A stretch of 64,000 nt of DNA. Origin: the human T2T-CHM13v2.0 reference genome, Homo sapiens. The translations under genes were made by a program, and so were the position numbers. Where the stretch lies: the NCBI RefSeq assembly GCF_009914755.1, contig NC_060927.1, one strand, 5' to 3'. Shown here one piece after another: positions 33,401 to 47,680 of the stretch (its first letter is position 1; the number at the start of each line of letters is the position of its first letter). The notes beneath the pieces are model-generated. The model was not told where the DNA came from. It worked only from the letters and a program-made list of their open reading frames with translations, and ran no database searches.

Positions 33401-35770
33401 AGATATATATTTTATAGTGTACATAGAATATCAAAGTACCCAAACTATACATTATATACTGTACATAAAATATGAAATTACATCAAATATATATTTTATT
33501 AGGTACATAAAATATGAAAGTACTTCTAGTATAGATTATATACTGTACATAAAATATCAAAGTACCCCAAATATATATTATATACTGTACATGAAATATC
33601 AAAGTTCACAAACTATATATTATATACTGTACATAAAATATCAAAGTACCCAAGGTATATATTCTATACTGTACAAAAAATATCAAAGTACCCAAAGCAT
33701 GTATTATATACTGTACATAAACTTTGAAAGTACATCAAATATATATTTTATTCTGTACATAATATATCAAAGTACACCAAATATATATTCTATAGTGTAC
33801 ATAAAATATCAAAGTACCCAAACTATACATTATATACTGTACATAAAATATGAAATTACATCAAATATATATTATATTAGGCACATAAAATATGAAAGTA
33901 CATCAAATATAGATTATATGCTGTACAAAAAATATCAAAGTACCCCAAATATATATTATATACTGTACATGAAATATCAAAGTTCACAAACTATATATTA
34001 TATACTGTACATAAAATATCAAAGTACCCAAGGTATATATTCTATACTGTACAAAAAATATCAAAGTACCCAAATCATGTATTATATACTGTACATAAAA
34101 TATGAAAGTACATCAAATATATATTTTATTCTGTACATAAAATATCAAAGTACACCAAATATATATTCTATAGTGTACATAAAATATCAAAGTACCCAAA
34201 CTATACATTATATACTGTACATAAAATATGAAATTACATCAAATATATATTATATTAGGTACATAAAATATGAAAGTACATCAAATATAGATTATATACT
34301 GTACATAAAATACCAAAGTACCCCAAATATATATTTTATACTGTACATGAAATATCAAAGTTCACAAACTATATAGTATATACTGTACATAAAATATGAA
34401 TATACCCAAGGTATATATTCTATACTGTACAATAAATATCAAAGTACCCAAAGCATGTATTATATACTGTACATAAAATATGAAGGTACATCAAATATAT
34501 ATTTTATTCTGTACATAAAATATCAAAGTACACCAAATATATATTCTATAGTGTACATAAAATATCAAAGTACCCAAGCTATACATTATATACTGTACAT
34601 AAAATATGAAATTACATCAAATATATATTATATTAGGCACATAAAATATGAAACTACATCAAATATAGATTATATGCTGTACAAAAAATATCAAAGTACC
34701 CCAAATATATATTATATACTGTACATGAAATATCAAAGTTCACAAACTATATATTATATACTGTACATAAAATATCAAAGTACCCAAGGTATATGTTCTA
34801 TACTGTACCAAAAATATCAAAGTACCCAAAGCATGTATTATATACTGTACATAAAATATGAGAGTACATCAAATATATATTTTATTCTGTACATAAAATA
34901 TCAAAGTACACCAGATATATATTTTATAGTGTACATAAAATATCAAAGTACCCAAACTACACATTATATACTGTACATAAAATATGAAATTACATCAAAT
35001 ATATATTATATTAGGTACATAAAATATGAAAGTACATAAAATATAGATGATATACTGTACATAAAATATCAAAGTACACCAGATATATATTTTATCGTGT
35101 ACATAAAATATCAAAGTACCCAAAGTATACATTATATACTGTACATAAAATATGAAATTACATCAAATATATATTATATTAGGTACCTAAAATATGAAAT
35201 TACATCAAATATAGATTATATACTGTACATAAAATATCAAAGAACCCCAAATATATATTATATACTGTACATGAAATATCAAACTTCACAAACTATATAT
35301 TATATACTGTACATAAAATATCAAAGTACCCAAGGTATATGTTCTATACTGTACCAAAAATATCAAAGTACCCAAAGCATGTATTATATACAGTACATAA
35401 AATATGAGAGTACATCAAATATATATTTTATTCTGTACATAAAATATCAAAGTACACCAGATATATATTTTATAGTGTACATAGAATATCAAAGTACCCA
35501 AACTATACATTATATACTGTACATAAAATATGAAATTACATCAAATATATATTTTATTAGGTACATAAAATATGAAAGTACTTCTAGTATAGATTATATA
35601 CTGTACATAAAATATCAAAGTACCCCAAATATATATTATATACTGTACATGAAATATCAAAGTTCACAAACTATATATTATATACTGTACATAAAATATC
35701 AAAGTACCCAAGGTATATATTCTATACTGTACAAAAAATATCAAAGTACCCAAAGCATGTATTATATACT
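30450..35770 (+). repeat. 49-monomer (2,058-bp) higher-order repeat (5x9+4), about 2.5 copies
   Basis: ORFs 30981/33039/35097 and 32397/34455 are spaced exactly 2058=49x42. Marker 'gtacataaaatatagatgata...ttttatcgtgtac'. Confidence 0.92.
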
Positions 35771-38700
35771 GTACATAAAATATGAAAGTACATCAAATAT
35801 ATATATTATTCTGTACATAAAATATCAAAGTACACAAGATGTATATTTTATAGTGTACATAAAATATCAAAGTACCCAAACTATAGATTATATACTGTAC
35901 ATAAAATATGAAATTACATCAAATATATATGATATTAGATACATAAAATATGAAAGTACATCAAATATATATTTTATTCTGTACATAAAATATCAAAGTA
36001 CACCAAATATATATTCTATAGTGTACATAAAATATCAAAGTACCCAAACTATACATTATATACTGTACATAAAATATGAAATTACATCAAATATATATTA
36101 TATTAGGTACATAAAATATGAAAGTACATCAAATATAGATTATATACTGTACATAAAATACCAAAGTACCCCAAATATATATTTTATACTGTACATGAAA
36201 TATCAAAGTTCACAAACTATATAGTATATACAGTACATAAAATATGAATATACCCAAGGTATATATTCTATACTGTACAATAAATATCAAAGTACCCAAA
36301 GCATGTATTATATACTGTACATAAAATATGAAAGTACATCAAATATATATTTTATTCTGTACATAAAATATCAAAGTACACCAAATATTTATTCTATAGT
36401 GTACATAAAATATCAAAGTACCCAAGCTATACATTATATACTGTACATAAAATATGAAATTACATCAAATATATATTATATTAGGCACATAAAATATGAA
36501 AGTACATCAAATATAGATTATATGCTGTACAAAAAATATCAAAGTACCCCAAATATATATTATATACTGTACATGAAATATCAAAGTTCACAAACTATAT
36601 ATTATATACTGTACATAAAATATCAAAGTACCCAAGGTATATGTTCTATACTGTACCAAAAATATCAAAGTACCCAAAGCATGTATTATATACTGTACAT
36701 AAAATATGAGAGTACATCAAATATATATTTTATTCTGTACATAAAATATCAAAGTACACCAGATATATATTTTATAGTGTAGATAAAATATCAAAGTACC
36801 CAAACTACACATTATATACTGTACATAAAATATGAAATTACATCAAATATATATTATATTAGGTACATAAAATATGAAAGTACATAAAATATAGATGATA
36901 TACTGTACATAAAATATCAAAGTACACCAGATATATATTTTATCGTGTACATAAAATATCAAAGTACCCAAACTATACATTATATACTGTACATAAAATA
37001 TGAAATTACATCAAATATATATTATATTAGGTACCTAAAATATGAAATTACATCAAATATAGATTATATACTGTACATAAAATATCAAAGAACCCCAAAT
37101 ATATATTATATACTGTACATGAAATATCAAACTTCACAAACTATATATTATATACTGTACATAAAATATCAAAGTACCCAAGGTATATGTTCTATACTGT
37201 ACCAAAAATATCAAAGTACCCAAAGCATGTATTATATACAGTACATAAAATATGAGATTACATCAAATATATATTTTATTCTGTACATAAAATATCAAAG
37301 TACACCAGATATATATTTTATAGTGTACATAGAATATCAAAGTACCCAAACTATACATTATATACTGTACATAAAATATGAAATTACATCAAATATATAT
37401 TATATTAGGTACATAAAATATGAAAGTACTTCTAGTATAGATTATATACTGTACATAAAATATCAAAGTACCCCAAATATATATTATATACTGTACATGA
37501 AATATCATAGTTCACAAACTATATATTATATACTGTACATAAAATATCAAAGTACCCAAGGTATATATTCTATACTGTACAAAAAATATCAAAGTACCCA
37601 AAGCATGTATTATATACTGTACATAAAATATGAAAGTACGTCAAATATATATATTATTCTGTACATAAAATATCAAAGTACACAAGATGTATATTTTATA
37701 GTGTACATAAAATATCAAAGTACCCAAACTATAGATTATATACTGTACATAAAATATGAAATTACATCAAATATATATGATATTAGATACATAAAATATG
37801 AAAGTACATCAAATATATATTTTATTCTGTACATAAAATATCAAAGTACACCAAATATATATTCTATAGTGTACATAAAATATCAAAGTACCCAAACTAT
37901 ACATTATATACTGTACATAAAATATGAAATTACATCAAATATATATTATATTAGGTACATAAAATATGAAAGTACATCAAATATAGATTATATACTGTAC
38001 ATAAAATACCAAAGTACCCCAAATATATATTTTATACTGTACATGAAATATCAAAGTTCACAAACTATATAGTATATACAGTACATAAAATATGAATATA
38101 CCCAAGGTATATATTCTATACTGTACAATAAATATCAAAGTACCCAAAGCATGTATTATATACTGTACATAAAATATGAAAGTACATCAAATATATATTT
38201 TATTCTGTACATAAAATATCAAAGTACACCAAATATATATTCTATAGTGTACATAAAATATCAAAGTACCCAAGCTATACATTATATACTGTACATAAAA
38301 TATGAAATTACATCAAATATATATTATATTAGGCACATAAAATATGAAACTACATCAAATATAGATTATATGCTGTACAAAAAATATCAAAGTACCCCAA
38401 ATATATATTATATACTGTACATGAAATATCAAAGTTCACAAACTATATATTATATACTGTACATAAAATATCAAAGTACCCAAGGTATATGTTCTATACT
38501 GTACCAAAAATATCAAAGTACCCAAAGCATGTATTATATACTGTACATAAAATATGAGAGTACATCAAATATATATTTTATTCTGTACATAAAATATCAA
38601 AGTACACCAGATATATATTTTATAGTGTAGATAAAATATCAAAGTACCCAAACTACACATTATATACTGTACATAAAATATGAAATTACATCAAATATAT

Positions 38701-39690
38701 ATTATATTAGGTACATAAAATATGAAAGTACATAAAATATAGATGATATACTGTACATAAAATATCAAAGTACACCAGATATATATTTTATCGTGTACAT
38801 AAAATATCAAAGTACCCAAACTATACATTATATACTGTACATAAAATATGAAATTACATCAAATATATATTATATTAGGTACCTAAAATATGGAATTACA
38901 TCAAATATAGATTATATACTGTACATAAAATATCAAAGAACCCCAAATATATATTATATACTGTACATGAAATATCAAACTTCACAAACTATATATTATA
39001 TACTGTACATAAAATATCAAAGTACCCAAGGTATATGTTCTATACTGTACCAAAAATATCAAAGTACCCAAAGCATGTATTATATACAGTACATAAAATA
39101 TGAGAGTACATCAAATATATATTTTATTCTGTACATAAAATATCAAAGTACACCAGATATATATTTTATAGTGTACATAGAATATCAAAGTACCCAAACT
39201 ATACATTATATACTGTACATAAAATATGAAATTACATCAAATATATATTATATTAGGTACATAAAATATGAAAGTACTTCTAGTATAGATTATATACTGT
39301 ACATAAAATATCAAAGTACCCCAAATATATATTATATACTGTACATGAAATATCAAAGTTCACAAACTATATATTATATACTGTACATAAAATATCAAAG
39401 TACCCAAGGTATATATTCTATACTGTACAAAAAATATCAAAGTACCCAAAGCATGTATTATATACTGTACATAAAATATGAAAGTACATCAAATATATAT
39501 TTTATTCTGTACATAAAATATCAAAGTACACAAGATGTATATTTTATAGTGTACATAAAATATCAAAGTACCCAAACTATACATTATATACTGTACATAA
39601 AATATGAAATTACATCAAATATATATGATATTAGATACATAAAATATGAAAGTACATCAAATATATATTTTATTCTGTACATAAAATATC
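35097..39690 (+). repeat. 44-monomer (1,848-bp) higher-order repeat (9+9+4+9+9+4), about 2.5 copies, continuous with the 49-mer block
   Basis: ORFs 35097/36945/38793 and 34455/36303/38151 are spaced 1848=44x42. Unit-specific variants 'acacaagatgtat', 'atgatattagatac'. Confidence 0.92.
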
Positions 39691-40659
39691 AAAGTACACC
39701 AGATATATATTTTATAGTGTACATAAAATATCAAAGTACCCAAACTATAGATTATATACTGTACATAAAATATGAAATTACATCAAATATATATTATATT
39801 AGCAACATAAAATATGAAAGTACATCAAATATAGATTATTAACTGTACATAAAATATCAAAGAACCCCAAATATATATTATATACTGTACATGAGATATC
39901 AAACTTCACAAACTATATATTATATACTGTACATAAAATATCAAAGTACCCAAGGTATATATTCTATACTGTACAAAAAATATCAAAGTACCCAAAGCAT
40001 GAATTCTATACTGTACATAAAAGATGAAACTACATCAAATTTATATTATATTAGGTACATAAAATATGAAAGTACATCAAATATATATTTTATTCTGTTC
40101 AAAAAATATCAAAGTACACCAAATATATATTCTATACTGTACATAAAATATCAAAGTACCCATACTATACATTATATACTGTACATAAAATAGGAAATTA
40201 CATCTAATATATATTATATTAGGTACATAAAATATGAAAGTACATCAAATATAGCTTATATACTGTACATAAAATATCAAAGTAACCCAAATATATATTA
40301 TATACTGTACATGAAATATCAAAGTTCACAAACTATATATTATATACTGTACATAAAATATCAAAGTACCCAAGGTATATATTCTATACTGTACAAAAAA
40401 TATCAAAGTACCCAAAGCATGTATTATATACTGTACATAAAATATGAAAGTACATCAAATATATATTTTATTCTGTACATAATATATCAAAGTACACCAA
40501 ATATATATTCTATAGTGTACATAAAATATGAAAGTACCCAAACTATACATTATATACTGTACATAAAATATGAAATTACATCAAATATATATCATATTAG
40601 GTACATAAAATATGAAAGTACATCAAATATAGATTATATACTGTACATAAAATATAAAA

Positions 40660-41380
40660 GAACCCCAAATATATATTATATACTGTACATGAAATATCAA
40701 ACTTCACAAACTATATATTATATACTGTACATAAAATATCAAAGTACCCAAGGTATATGTTCTATACTGTACCAAAAATATCAAAGTACCCAAAGCATGT
40801 ATTATATACTGTACATAAAATATGAGAGTACATCAAATATATATTTTATTCTGTACATAAAATATCAAAGTAAACCAGATATATATTTTATAGTGTAGAT
40901 AAAATATCAAAGTACCCAAACTATACATTATATACTGTACATAAAATATGAAATTACATCAAATATATATTATATTAGGTACATAAAATATGAATGTACA
41001 TAAAATATAGATGATATACTGTACATAAAATATCAAAGTACACCAGATATATATTTTATCGTGTACATAAAATATCAAAGTACCCAAAGTATACATTATA
41101 TACTGTACATAAAATATGAAATTACATCAAATATATATTATATTAGGTACCTAAAATATGAAAGTACATCAAATATAGATTATATACTGTACATAAAATA
41201 TCAAAGAACCCCAAATATGTATTATATACTGTACATGAAATATCAAACTTCACAAACTATATATTATATACTGTACATAAAATATCAAAGTACCCAAGGT
41301 ATATGTTCTATACTGTACCAAAAATATCAAAGTACCCAAAGCATGTATTATATACAGTACATAAAATATGAGAGTACATC
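40660..41380 (+). repeat. Partial sixth copy of the 49/44-mer junction segment
   Basis: Marker 'tagatgata...ttttatcgtgtac' and 'ggtatatgttct...gtaccaaaa' recur; ORF 41061 lies 2268 bp (54x42) after 38793. Confidence 0.75.
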
Positions 41381-41399
41381 AAATATACATTTTATTCTG

Positions 41400-44300
41400 T
41401 ACATAAATTATCAAAGTACACCAAATATATATTCTATAGTGTACATAAAATATCAAAGTACCCAAACTATACATTATATACTGTACATAAAATATGAAAG
41501 TACATCAAATATATATTATATTACTTACATAAAATATGAAAGTACATCAAATATAGATTATATACTGTACATAAAATATCAAAGTACCCCAAATATATAT
41601 TATATACTGTACATGAAATATCAAAGTTCACAAACTATATATTATATACTGTACATAAAATATGAATATACCCAAGGTATATATTCTATACTGTACAAAA
41701 AATATCAAAGTACCCAAACCATGTATTATATACTGTACATAAAATATGAAAGTACATCAAATATATATTTTATTCTGTACATAAATTATCAAAGTACACC
41801 ACATATATATTCTATAGTGTACATAAAATATCAAAATACCCAAACTATACATTATATACTGTACATAAAATATGAAATTACATCAAATATATATTATATT
41901 AGGTACATAAAATATGAAAGTACATCAAATATAGATTATATGCTGTACAAAAAATATCAAAGTACCCCAAATATATATTATATACTATACATGAAATATC
42001 AAAGTTCACAAACTATATATTATATACTGTACATAAAATATCAAAGTACGCAAGGTATATATTCTATACTGTACAAAAAATATCAAAGTACCCAAAGCAT
42101 GTATTATATACTGTACATAAAATATGAAAGTACATCAATTATATATTTTATTCTGTACATAAAATATCAAACTACACCAAACATATATTCTATAGTGTAC
42201 ATAAAATATCAAAGTACCCAAACTATACATTATATACTGTACATAAAATATGAAATTACATCAAATATATATTATATTAGGTACATAAAATATGAAAGTA
42301 CATCAAATATAGATTATATGCTGTATATAAAATACCAAAATACCCCAAATATATATTTTATACTGTACATGAAATATCAAAGTTCACAAACTATATAGTA
42401 TATACTGTACATAAAATATCAAAGTTCCCAAGGTATATATTCTATACTGTACAAAAAATATCAAAGTACCCAAAGCATGAATTATATACTGTACATAAAA
42501 TATGAAAGTACATCAAATATATATTTTATTCTGTACATAAATTATCAAAGTACACCAAATATATATTCTATAGTGTACATAAAATATCAAAGTACCCAAA
42601 CTATACATTACATACTGTACATAAAATATGAAATTATATCAAATATATATTATATTAGGTACATAAAATATGAAAGTACATCAAATATAGATTATATACT
42701 GTACATAAAATACCAAAGTACCCCAAATATATATTTTATACTGTACATGTAATATCAAAGTTCACAAACTATATAGTATATACTGTACATAAAATATCAA
42801 AGTACCCAAGGTATATATTCTATACTGTACAAAAAATATCAAAGTACCCAAAGCATGTATTATATACTGTACATAAAATATGAAAGCACTTCAAATATAT
42901 ATTTTATTCTGTACATAAGATATCAAAGTAAACCAAATATATATTCTATACTGTACATAAAATATCAAAGTACCCAAACTATACATTATATACTATACAT
43001 AAAATATGAAATTACATAAAAATATATTATATTAGGTACATAAAATATGAAAGTACATCAAATATAGATTATATACTGTACATAAAATGTCAAAGTACCC
43101 CAAATATATATTATATACTGTACATGAAATATCAAAGTTCACAAACTATATATTATATACTGTACATAAAATATGAATATACCCAAGGTATATATCCTAT
43201 ACTGTACAAAAAATATCAAAGTACCCAAACCATGTATTATATACTGTACATAAAATATGAAACTACATCAAATATATATTTTATTCTGTACATAAAATAT
43301 CAAAGTACACCAAATATATATTCTATAGTGTACATAAAATATCAAAGTACCCAAAGTATACATTATATACTGTACATAAAATATGAAATTACATCAAATA
43401 TATAGTATATTAAGTACATAAAATATGAAAGTACTTCAAATATAGATTATATGCTGTACAAAAAATATCAAAGTACCCCAAATATATATTTTATAGTGTA
43501 CTTGAAATATCAAAGTTCACAAACTATATATTATATACTGTACATAAAATATCAAAGTACCCAAGGTATATATTCTATACTGTACAAAAAATATCAAAGT
43601 ACCCAAACCATGTATTATATACTGTACATAAAATATGAAAGTACATCAAATATATATTTTATTCTGTACATAAATTATCAAAGTACACCAAATATATATT
43701 CTATAGTGTACATAAAATATCAAAATACCCAAAATATACATTATATACTGTACATAAAATATGAAATTACATCAAATATGTATTATATTAGGTACATAAA
43801 ATATGAAAGTACATCAAATATAGATTATATGCTGTACAAAAAATATCAAGGTACCCCCAATATACATTATATACTGTACATGAAATCTCAAAGTTCACAA
43901 ACTATATATTATATACTGTACATAAAATATCAAAGTACCCAAGGTATATATTCTACACTGTACAAAAAAATATCAAAGTACCCAAAGCATGTATTATATA
44001 CTGTACATAAAATATGAAAGTACATCAAATATATATTTTATTCTGTACAAAAAATATCAAAGTACACCAAATATATATTCTATAGTGTACATAAAATATC
44101 AAAGTACCCAAACTCTACATTATATACTGTACATAAAATATGAAATTACATCAAATATATAGTATATTAGGTACATAAAATATGAAAGTACATCAAATAT
44201 AGATTATATGCTGTACAAAAAATATCAAAGTACCCCAAATATATATTATATACTATACATGAAATATCAAAGTTCACAAACTATATATTATATACTGTAC

Positions 44301-47300
44301 ATAAAATATGAATATACCCAAGGTATATATTCTATACTGTACAAAAAATATCAAAGTACCCAAAGCATGTATTATATACTGTAGATAAAATATGAAACTA
44401 CATCAAATATATATTTTATTCTGTACATAAAATATCAAAGTACACCAAATATATATTCTATAGTGTACATAAAATATCAAAGTACCCAAACTATACATTA
44501 TATACTGTACATAAAATATGAAATTACATCAAATAAATATTATATTAGGTACATAAAATATGAAAGTACATCAAATATAGATTATATGCTGTACAAAAAT
44601 TATCAAAGTACCCCATATAAAATTATATACTGTATATGAAATATCAAAGATCACAAACTATATATTACATACTGTACATAAAATATCAAAGTACCCAAGG
44701 TATATATTCTATACTGTACAAAAAATATCAAAGTACCCAAAGCATGTATTATATACTGTACATAAAATATGAAAGTACATCAAATATATATTTTATTCTG
44801 TACATAATATATCAAAGTACACCAAATATATATTCTATAGTGTACATAAAATATCAAAGTACCCAAACTATACATTATATACTGTACATAAAATATGAAA
44901 TTACATAAATATATATTATATTAGGTACATAAAATATGAAAGTACATCAAATATAGATTATATACTGTACATAAAATATCAAAGTACACCAAATATATAT
45001 TATATACTGTACATGAAATATCAAAGTTCGCAAACTATATATTATATACTGTACATAAAATATGAATATACCCAAGGTATATATTCTATACTGTACAAAA
45101 AATATCAAAGTACCCAAACCATGTATTATATACTGTACATAAAATATGAAAATACATCAAATATATATTTTATTCTGTACATAAAATATGAAAGTACACC
45201 AAATATATATTCTATAGTGTACATAAAATATCAAAGTACTCAAACTATACATTATATACTGTACATAAAATATGAAATTACATCAAATATATAGTACATT
45301 AGGTACATAAAATATGAAAGTACATCAAATATAGATTATATGCTGTACAAAAAATATCAAATTACCCCAAATATATATTTTATACTGTACTTGAAATATC
45401 AAAGTTCACAAACTATATATTATATACTGTACATAAAATATCAAAGAACTCAAGGTATATATTCTACACTGTACAAAAAATATCAAAGTACCCAAAGCAT
45501 GTATTATATACTGTACATAAAATATGAAAGTACATCAAATATATATTTTATTCTGTATATAAGATATCAAAGTAAACCAAATATATATTCTATACTGTAC
45601 ATAAAATATAAAAGTACCCAAACTATACATTATATACTGTACATAAAATATGAAATTACATAGAAATATATTATATTAGGTACATAAAATATGAAAGTAC
45701 ATCAAATATAGATTATATACTGTACATAAAATATCAAAGTACCCCAAATATATATTATATACTGTACATGAAATATCAAAGTTCACAAACTATATATTAT
45801 ATACTGTACGTAAAATATGAATATACCCAAGGTATATATTCTATACTGTACAAAAAATATCAAAGTACCCAAACCATGTATTATATACTGTACATAAAGT
45901 ATGAAAGTACATCAAATATATATTTTATTCTGTACATACAATATCAAAGTATACCAAATATATATTCTATAGTGTACATAAAATATCAAAGTACCCAAAC
46001 AATACATTATATACTGTACATAAAATATGAAATTACATCAAATATGTATTATATTACGTACATAAAATATGAAAGTACATCAAATATAGATTATATGCTG
46101 TACAAAAAAATCAAAGTACCCCAAATATATATTATATACTGTACATGAAATATCAAAGTTCACAAACTATATATTATATACTGTAAATAAAATATCAAAG
46201 TACCCAAGGTATATATTCTATACTGTACAAAAAATATCAAAGTACCCAAAGCATGTATTATATACTGTACATAAAATATGAAAGTACATCAAATATATAT
46301 TTTATTCTGAACAAAAAATATCAAAGTACACCAAATATATATTCTATAGTGTACATAAAATATCAAAGTACACAAACTATACATTATATACTGTACATAA
46401 AATATGAAATTACATCAAATATATATTATATTAGGTAGAGAAAATATTAAAGTACATCAAATATAGATTATATACTGTACATAAAATACCAAAGTACCCC
46501 AAATATATATTTTATACTGTACATGAAATATCAAATTTCACAAACTGTATATTATATACTGTACATAAAATATCAAAGTACCCAAGGTATATATTCTATA
46601 CTGTACAAAAAATATCAAAGTACCCAAAGCATGTATTATATACTGAACATAAAATATGAAAGTACATCAAATATATATTTTATACTGTACATAAAATATC
46701 AACGTACACCAAATATATATTCTATAGTGTACATAAAATATGAAAGTACCCAAACTATACATTATATACTGTACATAAAATATGAAATTACATCAAATAT
46801 ATATTATATTAGGTACATAAAATATGAAAGTACATCAAATATAGATTTTATACTGTCCATAAAATACCAAAGTAACCAAAATATATATTTTATACTGTAC
46901 TTGAAATATCAAAGTTCACAATCTATATATTATATACTGTACATAAAATATCAAAGTACTCAAGGTATATATTCTATACTGTACAAAAAATATCAAAGTA
47001 CCCAAAGCATGTATTATATACTGTACATAAAATATGAAAGTACATCAAATATATCTTTTATTCTGTACATAAAATATCAAAGTAAAACAAATATATATTC
47101 CATACTGTACATAAAATATCAAAGTATCCATACTATACATTATATACTGTACATAAAATATGAAATTTCATCAAATATATATTATACTAGGTACATAAAA
47201 TATGAAAGTACATCAAATATAGATTATATACTGTACATAAAATACCAAAGTACCCCAAATATATATTTTATACTGTACATGAAATATCAAAGTTCACAAA

Positions 47301-47680
47301 CTATATAGTATATACTGTACATAAAATATGAATATACTCAAGTTATATATTCTATACTGTACAAAAAATATCAAAGTACCCAAAGCATGTATTATATACT
47401 GTACATAAAATATGAAAGTACATCAAATATAGATTATATGCTGTCCAAAAAATATCAACGTACCCCAAATATATATTATATACTGTACATGAAATATCAA
47501 AGTTCACAAACTATATATTATATACTGTACATAAAATATCAAAGTACCCAAGGTATATATTCTATACTGTACAAAAAATATCAAAGTACCCAAAGCATGT
47601 ATTATATACTGTACATAAAATATGAAAGTACATCAAATATATATTTTATTCTGAACATAAAATATCAAAGTTCACCAAAT
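41400..47680 (+). repeat. Diverged 9-mer domain, 'N-type' subfamily, with no long exact higher-order repeat seen
   Basis: All B monomers read about 'acaccaaatatatattctata'. Frequent 'tatgaatatacc' and 'tatgctgtacaaaa'; several private indels after 43015. Confidence 0.75.

Noticed and set aside
30981-42398. Long + strand ORFs up to 445 aa (and all other + ORFs) encoding K/Y/I-rich 14-aa repeats
   Set aside because: A 42-bp period with one stop-free consensus frame produces these automatically. Stops and frameshifts occur freely and are copied with the duplications. There is no unique domain or gene structure. Used only as a ruler.
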